A DNA stretch of 64,000 nt from an uncultured delta proteobacterium (GTDB lineage: Bacteria > Myxococcota_A > Polyangia > Polyangiales > Houyiibacteriaceae): assembly GCA_963699755.1 (NCBI GenBank), contig CAVOVB010000011.1, positions 29,788-93,787 of the forward strand, in the 5' to 3' direction. Position numbers and translations under genes: made by a program. Below are positions 1-11,410 of the stretch, in pieces. Below the pieces are notes generated by a model. That model was not told the origin of the DNA, made no database searches, and was given only the letters and a program-made list of their open reading frames with translations. Position 1 is the first letter of the stretch. Each line of letters begins with the position of its first letter.

Positions 1-476
1 TCCACGCCGGCGGCCCTGGCCTTCTCGATTCGCTCATGATCGCTCGAGCCGCAATCGCAGGTGACGAGGAGGCTGGGCCGTTCGGAGAGGCAGCGATGCA
101 CGGCCTGCTCACTGAGTCCGTATCCACCATGGAATCGGTCGGCAATGAGCGTCCGCACTTGTCCGCCGAGGGCGCCGATGACCTCACTTAGAATCACCGC
201 CGAGGTAGTGCCGTCAACGTCGTAGTCGCCGAAGACCACGATGCGCTCACCGGCGCGAATGGCTCGCGCGATCCGCTCCGAGGCCAATGCCCGGTCTGCC
301 ATTTGTTCCGGGTCGCTCAGGCCGCGCAGCGTGGCATCGAGGAACGGCTGGGCCTCGTCGCCATCACGGATACCCCGATTCAGAAGCACCTGAGCCGCCG
401 TTAGCCCGAGGCCCGAGGAGTCGGCCAGCATGCCTGCCGCCCGCTCGTCGGAAGGCTGCACCCGATACCGATCCAC
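1..476 (-). CDS. recJ: ssDNA exonuclease RecJ, 5' part (runs off window start)
   Basis: Hand translation from GTG at 476 gives IVVFGDYDVDG, DRFHGGYGL and LVTCDCG, the DHH/RecJ motifs; directly follows secF. Confidence 0.92.
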   Translation of the reverse strand, partial: MDRYRVQPSDERAAGMLADSSGLGLTAAQVLLNRGIRDGDEAQPFLDATLRGLSDPEQMADRALASERIARAIRAGERIVVFGDYDVDGTTSAVILSEVIGALGGQVRTLIADRFHGGYGLSEQAVHRCLSERPSLLVTCDCGSSDHERIEKARAAGV

Positions 477-480
477 GGTG

Positions 481-1614
481 TCAGCCCCGCGAACGACTGA
501 AGAAACGCCGATCCATGAACTCGGTGATGGGCGCCGCGATGAAGATCGAGGACAGCGTACCGACCACGATACCGATGCCAAGCGCGAAGGCGAGGTCCCG
601 AATGACGCCCGTACCCAGGAAGAAGAACGCGGACACCGACAAGAGGGTCGTCAACGAGGTGATGATCGTTCGAGAGAGCATCTGCGAGGTGCTGATGTTG
701 ATCAGCTCCCGTAGGCTCTTGTCCCGAACGCGCACCATGTTCTCGCGGATTCGGTCGAATACGACAATCGTGTCGTTGATCGAATACCCCATGATGGTCA
801 GCAGCGCGGCCACCGTCGTGAGATTCACTTCCTTCCGCAGAAGGACGTAAATACCGAGCGTGATGAGCGCGTCGTGGAACATCGCAACTACGCCGCCGGG
901 AGCGAAACGCAGGTCGAAGCGGAACGCGACGTACAGCATGATGAATGCGATGGCGTACAGAAGAGACTGAATCGCCGCGTCACGAAGCTGCGCACCCGCC
1001 TTCGGACCAACCCATTCGACACGAAGCGCTTCCTTCGGGGCGCGGTCGCCGAATTGCTCGCTAAGCTGGGCGGTGAGCTCGTCTGCAACTCCGACGAGGT
1101 TTGCCTCGTAACGCTGATCGCTGCCCCCGGTGATGGAATTGATCGAGCGCACGTGTGCGCCGCCGGCGAGGAGCGCCTCTTCGAGCTGCTGCTCCTCGAC
1201 CAGCCCCGAGACGCGAATGGTGATCTTGTCGCCGCCCGGGGAAACCTTCATCTCCTGAACGACGCCCTCTCCGAGAACCGTGTCGACTGCCTCTCGGATC
1301 TTGTCGACTTGGTGCTCCGGCAGGGAGGACACCTCTTGAACGCGGATGATGTACTCGTTGGGGCTCCCCTCGACGCTGATCACGTCGGGGCGCGCATAGC
1401 CCCCCTTTACGAGGGCTTCGCGGACCTCCGCGGGGCTCGTCGCGCCATTGAAGGCGAGCTGGACCTCAGTGCCGCCGGCGAAGTCGATGCCGTAGTTCGG
1501 CCCTGGGTAGACGAGCGAGATCAGGCTCAGAGCGGACAAGAGACCGAGGACGGTGACCACCGGCCCGCGGTACTTCATGAAGTCGAAATAGGTGCCGGGT
1601 TTGATGAACTCCAT
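481..1614 (-). CDS. secF: protein translocase subunit SecF
   Basis: GIDFAGG, VGPKAGAQL, GYSINDTIVVFDRIRE; start at MEFIKPG. Confidence 0.96.
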   Translation of the reverse strand: MEFIKPGTYFDFMKYRGPVVTVLGLLSALSLISLVYPGPNYGIDFAGGTEVQLAFNGATSPAEVREALVKGGYARPDVISVEGSPNEYIIRVQEVSSLPEHQVDKIREAVDTVLGEGVVQEMKVSPGGDKITIRVSGLVEEQQLEEALLAGGAHVRSINSITGGSDQRYEANLVGVADELTAQLSEQFGDRAPKEALRVEWVGPKAGAQLRDAAIQSLLYAIAFIMLYVAFRFDLRFAPGGVVAMFHDALITLGIYVLLRKEVNLTTVAALLTIMGYSINDTIVVFDRIRENMVRVRDKSLRELINISTSQMLSRTIITSLTTLLSVSAFFFLGTGVIRDLAFALGIGIVVGTLSSIFIAAPITEFMDRRFFSRSRG

Positions 1615-1615
1615 G

Positions 1616-3415
1616 TCAGCCCACCCGCAGTCGCTGCACGCGCGCGCCGCGTACGAGCCAGTCGAAGAGCACCTTCGAGCAGAACGTGCCGGTGAAGAGC
1701 GAGGTGCCAATGCCGATCAACAGCATCGTCGCGAAGCCCTTGATCGGGCCTGTGCCAAACTGCCATAGGACCACGCCCGCGATGGCCGTCGTGAGCTGGC
1801 TGTCGAAGACCGACGAATACGCCCGAGCGTACCCTTGCTCGACGGCGGAGCGTGGGGACTTCCCCAGCCTCAGCTCCTCGCGGATGCGCTCGGTGATGAG
1901 CACATTCGCGTCGACCGCCATACCAACCGTGAGCGCGATCGCCGCAACGCCCGGCAGAGTCAGGGTGGCCCCGATCCCAGACATCACGCCGAGCAAGAGC
2001 TGCAAGTTCAACAAGACCATGGCGTCCGCGACTAGCCCGGCGACCTCGTAGTACAGCGCCATGAACACGAGCACGAGGATGACCCCGACCAGCGCCGCCA
2101 CGGCACCCTTGCGAACCGAGTCCTGACCGAGCGTCGGGCCGATGAGTTGCTCGTTGGCGGGGCGAAGTGGCGCGGGAAGCGCGCCCGCCTGAAGCACCAC
2201 GACGAGGTCTTTGGCCTCTTGTAGAAGCTCATTCCGATCTTGGTAGGCACCTAGCGTGATGCGACCGCGCGCCCCGATCTGGCCCTGAATGACCGGCGCG
2301 GACTCCACACGCTCATCGAGCACGATCGCCATACGCTTCCCGATGTTGCGGCCCGTGAGGTCTGCCATGCGTGATGCGCCGCGCGTGTTCATCGTGAAGT
2401 CGACCTCCGGGCTTCCGCTCTGGGGGTCGAAGCCGACCGACGCATCATCGAGGTCCTCACCGGTCGCATCGGCGACGCGGTAGACGTAATAGGTCCGCCA
2501 ACCCTCGCCGCCTCGCTCGGGGTCGGGCGCCTGACGACCGATCGAAAGCTCGTGGTCATCGGGCACCGGGAGTGTAGCGATGTATGCGCGGAGGCGATCT
2601 CGAGCATCCTCGCCAAACGCCTCGGCAAAGGTCTGAGCGCCCTGGTCGAGGTAGATGCCCTCAGGCGGCGTAGTGAAAATCGACCGAGAGTCGGATTCGT
2701 CGTCGACGATCTTGAAGCTCAGTTGCGCGGTTCGGCTGATGATCGACTTGATGCGCTCGAACGAGCTCTCCTCCGCGCCTGGAATCTCGATGATGATATC
2801 ACCGTCGTTCGGGCGCGCGATGATGGTTGGCTCGAGGACGCCCATGCTATCGATACGGTTGGTGATGGTGCGTTCGGACTGGCGAACCGCCGTCTCGCGC
2901 ATGTTGGTAAGCTGCTCTTCGCGCATGTGAAGGTCGACGACGAGGTCGCCCACGCCGCTCGCCACTCGGAGGTCGCGGAAATAGTCCTTCACCCAAGTCT
3001 TGGACAGCTTGCCGGCGTCTTCTTGATTCGAAAACGTGATTCGAATCGCGCGAACGGCCCCGCCTTCCTTGTCGACGCGTTCGACTGTGCATCGCTGTCG
3101 AATCTCATCGAGCTTGGCTCTATCGATGTCGTCGACCTCCTCCTCGGGAACGACTCCGATCAAGACGCCGCACTGGCGCTGCACCTGCTCTGCGATCCGG
3201 TCGCGACGGTCACGGATGTACTCATCGACTTCGACTTCATACATCAGCCGTAGGCCGCCCTTGATATCGAGGCCGGGGTTGATTTGATTTTCGAAAGTCT
3301 CCTTGACGATGTCCGGGCAGGGCAACCAACGGTCGATGCTCGGCCACAGGGCGAGAAAGCCCAGGACAGACGAGCCGACGACGATTGCCAAACGAAAATA
3401 CCAGCCTCGATCCAT
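1616..3415 (-). CDS. secD: protein translocase subunit SecD
   Basis: GLDIKGG, AGALPAPL, GMAVDANVLITERIREE. Confidence 0.97.
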   Translation of the reverse strand: MDRGWYFRLAIVVGSSVLGFLALWPSIDRWLPCPDIVKETFENQINPGLDIKGGLRLMYEVEVDEYIRDRRDRIAEQVQRQCGVLIGVVPEEEVDDIDRAKLDEIRQRCTVERVDKEGGAVRAIRITFSNQEDAGKLSKTWVKDYFRDLRVASGVGDLVVDLHMREEQLTNMRETAVRQSERTITNRIDSMGVLEPTIIARPNDGDIIIEIPGAEESSFERIKSIISRTAQLSFKIVDDESDSRSIFTTPPEGIYLDQGAQTFAEAFGEDARDRLRAYIATLPVPDDHELSIGRQAPDPERGGEGWRTYYVYRVADATGEDLDDASVGFDPQSGSPEVDFTMNTRGASRMADLTGRNIGKRMAIVLDERVESAPVIQGQIGARGRITLGAYQDRNELLQEAKDLVVVLQAGALPAPLRPANEQLIGPTLGQDSVRKGAVAALVGVILVLVFMALYYEVAGLVADAMVLLNLQLLLGVMSGIGATLTLPGVAAIALTVGMAVDANVLITERIREELRLGKSPRSAVEQGYARAYSSVFDSQLTTAIAGVVLWQFGTGPIKGFATMLLIGIGTSLFTGTFCSKVLFDWLVRGARVQRLRVG

Positions 3416-3432
3416 GATCCTCGCCTGTGCGT

Positions 3433-3819
3433 TCAGCTTTTCTGTTCGGTGGGTTGGTCCAACCCGGCGATGTGGCTCCGCAACACCTTGATGCGGGTCC
3501 GCTCCGCGACCTCGACGGTCACATCGCGCTCGTCGAGCGCCGTAATCTCGCCGCGGATTCCGCCATTGGTTCGGACGATGTCACCCTTCTTCAGGGCGCC
3601 GATCATCGCGTCGTGCTGCTTGGCGCGCTTCTGCTGCGGGCGGATCATCAGGAAGTAGAGGACCGCGAACATCAGGAGAAGGAAACCGATTTGCTCGGTT
3701 CCGCCGCCGCAGCCTAGGGGTCCCGGCACCGGTCCACCACCACCACCGGTCGGAGGCACGGGGACGGGGCCGCCGCTGACGTCCGGCTGAAGCAAAATGT
3801 GAAGTAACGAGTAGAGCAC
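3433..3819 (-). CDS. yajC: preprotein translocase subunit YajC
   Basis: YFLMIRPQQKR...LKKGDIVRTNGGIRG; upstream of secD. Confidence 0.95.
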   Translation of the reverse strand: MLYSLLHILLQPDVSGGPVPVPPTGGGGGPVPGPLGCGGGTEQIGFLLLMFAVLYFLMIRPQQKRAKQHDAMIGALKKGDIVRTNGGIRGEITALDERDVTVEVAERTRIKVLRSHIAGLDQPTEQKS

Positions 3820-3981
3820 TGCTAACCCTCAATGCGAATGGAGCCCGGATGCACACCGCTATCCAGGCTCCTGAAGCGCGGGCGTTTCTACTCCATGCCC
3901 CGAAGGAGGTCAACTCAGCGTAATTGCGTATTTATGCTACAACCGCGCGACCCCCGCTTGGCGGGGGTGTAAGGAGCAGCC

Positions 3982-4902
3982 ATGGTGGACAAAGTGGACA
4001 AGATCTGGCTCGACGGGAAGCTCATTCCTTGGGACCAGGCGAACGTCCACGTATTGACGCACACCCTTCACTACGGGCTCGGCGTCTTCGAGGGAATCCG
4101 CTGTTACAAGCTCGAAGACGGCCGAAGCGCGATCTTTCGTTTGGATGAGCACATCCGGCGCCTATTCGATTCCGCCCAGATTTGCATGCTCCCAATGCCC
4201 TACAGCCAGGAGGAGATCGTCGAGGCATGTCTCGAGACGGTCCGGGCCAACGGCCTCGACGAGTGTTACCTGCGCCCTATCGCCTTCATGGGCGATGGTG
4301 AGATGGGTCTGGGCGCGAGGACGAACGCCACTCGTGTGTCGGTCATTGCGTGGCGCTGGGGCGCGTATCTTGGAGAGGAAGGCCTTCGCCAAGGCATTCG
4401 AGCCAAGGTGAGCTCGTTTCAGCGTGCCGGCATCAACACCTTGATGTCGAAGGGCAAGATCAACGGCCACTACGTCAACTCGATTCTCGCCAAGCGGGAG
4501 GTTCAAGCCATCGGCTACGACGAGGCCATCATGCTGGACACGCAGGGCTACGTCTCTGAAGCCTCCGGCGAGAACATCTTCGTCGTCCGCGACGGCGAGA
4601 TCGCCACCCCACCGATGGGCATGTCGATCCTCGGCGGCATCACTCGAAACTCAGTGATGCGCGTCATGCAGGACCTCGCCCTGACGGTCCACGAGCGATT
4701 GATTTCACGCGACGAGCTCTACATCGCAGACGAAGTCTTCATGGTCGGCACAGCAGCAGAAGTGACCCCGGTGCGCGAGCTAGATGACCGAACCATCGGC
4801 ATCGGCAGCCGCGGGCCGATTACGGAAAAGGTCCAGAGCGCATACTTCGACGCGGTGCGCGGAGTGAAGGTGCCGGACGAGAGTTGGCTGGCGATCGTCT
4901 AG
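3982..4902 (+). CDS. ilvE: branched-chain amino acid aminotransferase
   Basis: HTLHYGLGVFEGIRCY, EASGENIF, ILGGITR, GTAAEVTP. Confidence 0.96.
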   Translation: MVDKVDKIWLDGKLIPWDQANVHVLTHTLHYGLGVFEGIRCYKLEDGRSAIFRLDEHIRRLFDSAQICMLPMPYSQEEIVEACLETVRANGLDECYLRPIAFMGDGEMGLGARTNATRVSVIAWRWGAYLGEEGLRQGIRAKVSSFQRAGINTLMSKGKINGHYVNSILAKREVQAIGYDEAIMLDTQGYVSEASGENIFVVRDGEIATPPMGMSILGGITRNSVMRVMQDLALTVHERLISRDELYIADEVFMVGTAAEVTPVRELDDRTIGIGSRGPITEKVQSAYFDAVRGVKVPDESWLAIV

Positions 4903-4964
4903 TCGGCAGGACCGTGGCGGTGCGGCCGCGGGAAGCTCGTGGGTGACCGACAGGGCTCTAGGGC

Positions 4965-5678
4965 TCAGTCCTCGATGACGGATTTGTGAATGATAATCCG
5001 CCGGCAGTGTGGACACTGGTGCATTTCGTTCGCGCGCCGCAGCTCGATCGTGAGTTGTGGGGGTAGCGCCATGCGGCAGGCGGTGCAGTTGCCGTCGCTG
5101 ATGATGATCACGGCGTTGGGGATGCCAGTCTTGAGTCGCTCATACCGCTTGACGATCGTCTTCGAGACCTTGGCGACAAGCGCATCACGGCCGTCGAGGA
5201 GCTTGGCGCGCTGCTCCTCGAGCTCGACGACGCGAGCCTTGGAGGATTCTTCGTCCGCCTGAAGAGCGCTCTTGGTATCCTCGAAGTCTTTTTCGCGTTC
5301 GGCGAGTGAGGCCGTCTTGGCTTCAATCGCCTCGGCAATTCGGCCGAGCTCGTCTTCGCGCTCTTTGATGGCGCGACGATTGGCTTCGACTTCGCGCTCT
5401 GCCGCGTTGGCTTCTCGAATGTTCGATGCCTGAGCAATCTTCTTGCGAGCCCGTTGAAGCCCTTCGTTCCGATCCTTGAGCTCGCCGCTTTGTTGTGCCT
5501 TGAGCTGTCCGGCTTCGTGAAGCTGCTGCCGCTCCTGGGCCAACATCTTCTCCAACTGCTGAACGCTCTGCCTCAGCTCTTCGAGGCGCTCCGGAATCTG
5601 TTTGAGCTCGGCGTCGATGTCGCGAGCCGAGTCATCCATCTCAGCAAGTCTAGCAAGCGCTACGAGCTCTTCGCGCAA
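4965..5678 (-). CDS. coiled-coil protein with C-terminal C4 zinc ribbon (DUF164-like)
   Basis: Long coiled coil followed by CTAC...CPHC. Confidence 0.85.
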   Translation of the reverse strand: MREELVALARLAEMDDSARDIDAELKQIPERLEELRQSVQQLEKMLAQERQQLHEAGQLKAQQSGELKDRNEGLQRARKKIAQASNIREANAAEREVEANRRAIKEREDELGRIAEAIEAKTASLAEREKDFEDTKSALQADEESSKARVVELEEQRAKLLDGRDALVAKVSKTIVKRYERLKTGIPNAVIIISDGNCTACRMALPPQLTIELRRANEMHQCPHCRRIIIHKSVIED

Positions 5679-5869
5679 AGATCGCCTCCGTCATCGGCCA
5701 AAGCTGGCGAGCCTCTAGCGTGCCTTGCCAGACGGTGCAAGATGGCAGGGCGGCGAGCCCGCGCGACAACGACAGCTGGGACGGCTGTTCTTATTTCGCG
5801 TGGCTTCGCAAAGGTGCCGCTTCGCGCCGCCCACAGGGCGCGCTGAATGCGCGAAGCGCTGTTGAGCGG

Positions 5870-5943
5870 TGGGCCCACCTGGACTCGAACCAGGAACAAC
5901 CCGGTTATGAGCCGGGGACTCTAACCAATTGAGCTATGGGCCC
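5870..5943 (-). tRNA. tRNA with CAT anticodon, probably tRNA-Ile2 (lysidine type)
   Basis: GGGCCCATAGCTCAATTGGTTAGAG...CCCGG-CTCATAA-CCGGG...GTTCGAGTCC; lies downstream of rpoD like ileX; CCA not encoded. Confidence 0.92.
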
Positions 5944-6024
5944 TAGGGGCATTACTAGCCCGATCACCCACTGAACGCGAATGAAACGCGACCATGTGAA
6001 CGGGGCTCGGAAAAAAGTGCCCGG

Positions 6025-7881
6025 TCAATTATCCATGAAGGACCGGAGTTGCTTACTCCGACTTGGATGCCTGAGCTTGCGGAGAGCCTTGGCCTCGATT
6101 TGGCGGATGCGTTCTCGGGTGACTTCGAAGTCCTGGCCGACTTCTTCGAGGGTGTGGTCGCTCTTCTCGCCGATGCCGAAGCGCATGCGAAGGACTTTCT
6201 CTTCTCGGGGCGTCAGGGTTTTGAGGACGCGGCGGGTCTGGTCCTCGAGGTTACCGCCAATGACGGCATCCACGGGGGAGACGGCGTTCTTGTCTTCGAT
6301 GAAGTCACCGAGGTGGCTGTCTTCCTCCTCACCGATCGGGGTCTCCAGGCTGATCGGCTCCTTGGCGATCTTCAGAACCTTGCGGACCTTCTCGAGCGGC
6401 ATCTCCATGCGCTCCGCGATCTCCTCTGGATCGGGCTCACGGCCGAGCTCCTGAACCAGGTAGCGCGAGGTCCGGATGAGCTTGTTGATCGTTTCGATCA
6501 TGTGGACCGGAATGCGGATCGTTCGAGCCTGATCGGCAATCGCCCGCGTGATCGCCTGTCGGATCCACCAGGTGGCGTAGGTCGAGAATTTGTAGCCGCG
6601 CCGGTACTCGAACTTGTCGACGGCCTTCATCAGGCCGATGTTGCCTTCCTGGATCAGGTCAAGGAACTGCAAGCCACGGTTCGTGTACTTCTTTGCGATC
6701 GACACGACGAGACGAAGATTGGCTTCGACTAGCTCGGCTTTCGCCCGCTCGGATTGGCGCTCGCCTTCCGCGAGAGCCCGATAGGTTTCGCGCAACCGTT
6801 GGACTGGTTGCCCCATCGCATCTTCGACGTCGACGATCGCCTGTTGCGCATCGCGGATGTGTTCCTCGGAGCGAAGAATCTGCTCTTCGGAGCCGTACTT
6901 GCGCTGAACCCGCTTTTCGACGGCCTTGCTCTCTTGCATGTCGCGCACCACGCGCTTCATGTCTTTGTAGCTGAGGCCTCCGACACGCTCCTCGGCTTCG
7001 TTCATTTCGCGCTCCGCCCGCTCGACGCGGCGGGTGTAGGCTTTGATCCGAGCGACGACGCGATCGATCTGCTTCTTGGTGAGATTGAGCTCCCTCAGAA
7101 GCGCTATTCGCTCTTGAAGATGTTTCTCGAGCTGTACGGCTTGCTGCTTCTTGCTCCGTTCGGAAATCCTCTGTTTGCCATCGAGCTCGCCCAGGACCTT
7201 CGTCATCGAAGACTCGATTCGCTTGACCTTATCAAAGACCTTGAGAGCCCGAACTTTCGCTGCCTCGAAGTCGACCTCTTCTTCCTTGTCGAGATCTCGG
7301 ACGACGTCCTTGACGCGAAGCTTGCCCTTGCGGAGCAACTCGCCGATCTCCAGAATCTCGCTCACACCCACGCGGGACTTCAAAATCACCTGAAAAATCT
7401 TGCTTTCGCCGTCTTCGATCCGCTTCGCAATCTCGACCTCGCCCTCGCGCGTGAGCAGCGAGACCGAGCCCATCTTTCGCAGGTACATGCGAACCGGGTC
7501 GTTCGACTTCTGTGCATAGCCGTCATCGGCAGGAGGCGGAATCGTCGATGCGCGACGCGCTGAGCTTCGCGTCGCCGCAACCGGAACTTCGCTCGTTCGG
7601 CTTTGGCCCTCGGGCGCCCCATCGACTACGTCGATGTCTTCGCTCTTGAGCCACACCATCAGGTCGTCGATCTGGTCGGACGTCACCATGTCGGGTGGAA
7701 GAGCCTCGTTGAGCTCGTCGTATGTCAGGTGACCATGGATGCGCCCTCGTTCGAGAAGGACTTGTACTTCCTTCCGCTCTCGGCCTTTCGTCTTCGGCAC
7801 GACACGCGATACAGGTTCAGAGTTGAACTTGGATGCAGTCGATTCCTCGGTACGCTCTGAGCTCTTGCCCGCCATGTTCAC
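6025..7881 (-). CDS. rpoD: primary sigma factor RpoD
   Basis: [48 protein letters not shown]. Confidence 0.98.
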   Translation of the reverse strand: MNMAGKSSERTEESTASKFNSEPVSRVVPKTKGRERKEVQVLLERGRIHGHLTYDELNEALPPDMVTSDQIDDLMVWLKSEDIDVVDGAPEGQSRTSEVPVAATRSSARRASTIPPPADDGYAQKSNDPVRMYLRKMGSVSLLTREGEVEIAKRIEDGESKIFQVILKSRVGVSEILEIGELLRKGKLRVKDVVRDLDKEEEVDFEAAKVRALKVFDKVKRIESSMTKVLGELDGKQRISERSKKQQAVQLEKHLQERIALLRELNLTKKQIDRVVARIKAYTRRVERAEREMNEAEERVGGLSYKDMKRVVRDMQESKAVEKRVQRKYGSEEQILRSEEHIRDAQQAIVDVEDAMGQPVQRLRETYRALAEGERQSERAKAELVEANLRLVVSIAKKYTNRGLQFLDLIQEGNIGLMKAVDKFEYRRGYKFSTYATWWIRQAITRAIADQARTIRIPVHMIETINKLIRTSRYLVQELGREPDPEEIAERMEMPLEKVRKVLKIAKEPISLETPIGEEEDSHLGDFIEDKNAVSPVDAVIGGNLEDQTRRVLKTLTPREEKVLRMRFGIGEKSDHTLEEVGQDFEVTRERIRQIEAKALRKLRHPSRSKQLRSFMDN

Positions 7882-9710
7882 CTCTGTTTAGTGTTCGACT
7901 TGAGCCTGTGTGCGCTGCGCGTCAGCTCCACAAACTCTCGAGTGAGCCCTGCCGCCAGTGCATCGTCGCCGACTCGGCGCGCTTCGACGATGCGCTGTTG
8001 CAAACGGGGCAGCTCATGTTCGATGTTTTTTCGTTCGAGAAGTGGAAGGCCCTCGTCGAGAATTTGACGCGCTTCCTCTAGGTCGTGCTCCTGCACAGCC
8101 AACTTCGCTTCCAACCACGGCCTGAGTTGATTGTCGTTCAACTCGTTGAGCAATGCCGCGCCACTGAGCGATCCCTGCCTATCCACCATCCGCAAGATAG
8201 AGTCAAAGATGGCGCGAAGATCAGGGCTCGTCAAAAGCTTCGGGAGCTTATGCACGCCTTCGTGGTGAACCAAGCTCGGTTGATCGATCAGCAAGGAAAT
8301 CAACTTCGACTGTAACTCCGACACCGTTGGTGCAATCGGCTGCTGCACTGCGTCACGGCGAGGGATAGGTCGATCGCCATGACGCCCGAGTCCGCGGCGC
8401 AACTCGCGACGCACCAGACCAAGGTCCGTGATCCCAAATTTGCGGGCAACGCGTTCGACGTAGAGACCGCGTTCGATTGGACTTTCGACCTTGGCAAGAA
8501 TCGGACCAAGTTTGGCAATGGAATCAGCCTTCGCATGGGGATTCGGCTCGGTCGTCGCCGCCGAATCGTCGATCAAATATTCAATTATGGTGGGGGCGCT
8601 CACGATTCGAGCGCGCAACGAGTCGGCTCCATGCTCTCTCAGAAAGCTGTCCGGATCGGCGCCCTGCGGCAGTGTTACGACGTGCGCCTCGAGCCCGGCT
8701 TTGCTCACGACGCTATAGGCTTCGCGAACCGCCTTGCGGCCTGCCTTGTCGCCATCGAAGAGGAAGACCACCTTCTGAGCGAAGCGTTTGAGCAACTTGG
8801 CGTGCGCTTCGGTAAAGGCGGTGCCCATGGGGGCAACCGAGTTTTGAAAGCCGGCCTGGTGCAACGCGACGAGATCGAAGTTCCCCTCGCACAGGACACT
8901 AGTGTCTTCGCGCCGGATCTCCACGCGGCCTTCGTGCAAGCCGTAAAGGACCTCGCCTTTGTGATAGAGCTGGTTCTCCGGGCTGTTGAGGTACTTCGCA
9001 GGTGGCTCTTTCTGCTCCTCCATCGATGGCGCGGGCGCCAGCGCTCGGCCGCTGAACGCTACAATTTTGCCGTGCACGTCGGCGATGGGAAACATCAATC
9101 GATGGCGGAACCGGTCGTAGTGTCCGCGGCCCGAGCGACGAGGGACAATGAGGCCGACAGCTTCTGCGTCGGCAGGTGATGCGCCGGCACGTTCCAAGAA
9201 ACGTACGAGCGAGTCCCATCCGTGTGGCGCATAGCCGAGGCGAAACTTGCGCGCGGACTCTTCGCTGATGCCACGATCGAGTAGCTCGCTGCGCGCGATG
9301 CCGCCATCGGGATGCTCGAGGAGCTGCGCACAATAGAAGTCGGTGGCCAGTTCGATCAAGGACGCCAGGCGCTCGGACTGCTTCCTGTGGCGTTGGTGCT
9401 CTGCTTCGCGCTGCGCGTCATAGACCGGCAACTGCACGCCGGTTTGCTCAGCGAGATCGCGCGCAACTTCTGGGAACGTCTTTCCTTCGACGTGCATCAG
9501 GAACGAGAAAATGTCGCCTGACGCCTTGCAGCCGAAGCAATGGTAAAAGCCCCGGTTCGGATGCACGTAGAAGGAGGGGCTCTTCTCGTTGTGGAATGGG
9601 CACAGGCCCTTGAGGCTGCTGCCGGACTTCTTGAGCGCGACGTAGTTGCCAATGACCTCTGCGATGGGGGCGCGGTCGCGGATCTCAGCAATCTTGTCTT
9701 CGGAAATCAC
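7878..9710 (-). CDS. dnaG: DNA primase
   Basis: [11 protein letters not shown] zinc finger, KYLNSPE, TOPRIM EG..D, DGDKAG, DPD. Confidence 0.97.
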   Translation of the reverse strand: MISEDKIAEIRDRAPIAEVIGNYVALKKSGSSLKGLCPFHNEKSPSFYVHPNRGFYHCFGCKASGDIFSFLMHVEGKTFPEVARDLAEQTGVQLPVYDAQREAEHQRHRKQSERLASLIELATDFYCAQLLEHPDGGIARSELLDRGISEESARKFRLGYAPHGWDSLVRFLERAGASPADAEAVGLIVPRRSGRGHYDRFRHRLMFPIADVHGKIVAFSGRALAPAPSMEEQKEPPAKYLNSPENQLYHKGEVLYGLHEGRVEIRREDTSVLCEGNFDLVALHQAGFQNSVAPMGTAFTEAHAKLLKRFAQKVVFLFDGDKAGRKAVREAYSVVSKAGLEAHVVTLPQGADPDSFLREHGADSLRARIVSAPTIIEYLIDDSAATTEPNPHAKADSIAKLGPILAKVESPIERGLYVERVARKFGITDLGLVRRELRRGLGRHGDRPIPRRDAVQQPIAPTVSELQSKLISLLIDQPSLVHHEGVHKLPKLLTSPDLRAIFDSILRMVDRQGSLSGAALLNELNDNQLRPWLEAKLAVQEHDLEEARQILDEGLPLLERKNIEHELPRLQQRIVEARRVGDDALAAGLTREFVELTRSAHRLKSNTKQR

Positions 9711-9810
9711 CGCAGCTTCTCACCTGTGCTTGTCGTCCCTGCGAAGTGGGCGCAGTGTAGACTTCGCCTGGTTCTTGGCAAGCACCGCTTGCCGCTGTAG
9801 TTGTGGCGCG

Positions 9811-10551
9811 ATGGCTTCAGCACGAACATCGCTCCCACGAATTGTATCGGTGTACGTCCTAGTGAGTGCCGCTGTGTTCACGGCGACCCGGCTCGAACAA
9901 ACCGCCGTCGTCGGGCAGTACGTCCACCTGCTCGTCGCCGCCATCTTCCTACTGACCTCGATCCGACTCACACGCAGCGACCCGGCACACTTCGGCCTGG
10001 CGCTCGGCGGGCTACTCGAGCCGCCCACGGACGATGAAGCAGGGGGCCCGCTTGGAATCTTCGAGCTAGGCCGCGCGCTTCGCAAGGCGCTCCCGTCTGC
10101 AGCGACGGAGCTCGGGATTGCCCTGTGTATTGCAGGAGTGGTGTTTCCTCTCTACGCCATTGGCTTCTCCTGGTGGAGTCAACCTGCCGGTTCTTTCTCC
10201 TTGTCGTTTCCGCCCAAGGTCGCGAGCTTCCTCTTGGCACAGCTCGTCGTGGTCGCTCTGCCCGAAGAGGCATTTTTCCGTGGCTATCTGCAAACCGCGT
10301 TACGCGACTTGCAGAGAACGCGACTCCGCATTGTCGGAGTCGAGCTAGCGCCGCTCGCCTGGCTCTTTCAAGCGATCCTGTTTGCAGTGCTCCACTTCAT
10401 CGTAGAACCCCACCCGGCGCGGCTCGCAGTCTTTTTCCCAGCCCTTCTATTCGGATGGACGCGTGCATGGCGCGGCGGAATCGGCGCCGCGCTGGCCCTC
10501 CATGCCATGAGCAACCTTTATTCCGAGATTCTGGCGCGGAGTTGGCTATAA
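9811..10551 (+). CDS. CPBP/Abi-family intramembrane glutamic protease (myxosortase MrtC-like)
   Basis: PEEAFFRG, FAVLH, HAMSN motifs; multiple TM segments; subfamily assignment is from memory. Confidence 0.8.
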   Translation: MASARTSLPRIVSVYVLVSAAVFTATRLEQTAVVGQYVHLLVAAIFLLTSIRLTRSDPAHFGLALGGLLEPPTDDEAGGPLGIFELGRALRKALPSAATELGIALCIAGVVFPLYAIGFSWWSQPAGSFSLSFPPKVASFLLAQLVVVALPEEAFFRGYLQTALRDLQRTRLRIVGVELAPLAWLFQAILFAVLHFIVEPHPARLAVFFPALLFGWTRAWRGGIGAALALHAMSNLYSEILARSWL

Positions 10552-10558
10552 CTCCGGT

Positions 10559-11407
10559 ATGCAGGTCAGTCCGCCGGCTCCCACCATTCTCGCGGAAACG
10601 GTTCGTCGTGCGCTCTCGGAGGACATCGATCGCGGAGACCTGACCAGCGAAGCCTGCATCGAGCCCAGCACGATCGGCACGGCCGCGCTCAGCGCCCGTG
10701 AGCGCGTCATCGTCTGCGGGCTCCCGATTCTCGAAGAGGTGTACGCGCAGATCGATCTTCTGGTCGACGTGGAGAACCACGTGCAGGACGGAGACCAGAT
10801 CGAAGCAGGCATGACGCTCGCCACGATTTCTGGGCCGGCGATCTCGATTCTCCTTGGCGAGCGCGTCGCGCTCAATTTCATGCAAAGGCTCACGGGGGTT
10901 TCGACCATGACCAGGCGATTCGTAGACGCCCTGCCTGACGGTTCCCCCACCCGGGTCGCCGACACCCGCAAGACGACTCCGGGGCTCCGGGCCTTCGAGC
11001 GCTATGCCGTGCGCTGCGGCGGCGGCCACAACCACCGCCAGGATTTGGGGGCCGCCGTCTTGATTAAGGACAATCACATCGCAGCAGCGGGTGGTGTCAG
11101 CCGGGCGATCCAGCGCGCGCGCGCGTACGCTCCGCATACTTGCCGCATCGAATGTGAGGTCGATACTCGGGAGCAGCTCGAGGAAGCGCTCTCGGCCGGG
11201 GCCGACATCGTCATGCTCGATAATTTCGATGATGCGCAGGTGCGTGATGCGCTCAGCCTCGTCGATGGGAAGGCACTAGTCGAGGTGTCCGGCGGCGTCA
11301 CGCTCGAACGCGTTGCCAGGCTGGGCGCACTCGGAGTCGACGTGATCAGCGTCGGCGCGCTCACGCACTCTTCTCCCTCCTCTGACCTCGGTCTCGACTG
11401 GACCTGA
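10559..11407 (+). CDS. nadC: nicotinate-nucleotide diphosphorylase (carboxylating)
   Basis: DTRKTTPG, LIKDNH, MLDNF, SVGALTHS. Confidence 0.96.
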   Translation: MQVSPPAPTILAETVRRALSEDIDRGDLTSEACIEPSTIGTAALSARERVIVCGLPILEEVYAQIDLLVDVENHVQDGDQIEAGMTLATISGPAISILLGERVALNFMQRLTGVSTMTRRFVDALPDGSPTRVADTRKTTPGLRAFERYAVRCGGGHNHRQDLGAAVLIKDNHIAAAGGVSRAIQRARAYAPHTCRIECEVDTREQLEEALSAGADIVMLDNFDDAQVRDALSLVDGKALVEVSGGVTLERVARLGALGVDVISVGALTHSSPSSDLGLDWT

Positions 11408-11410
11408 CTG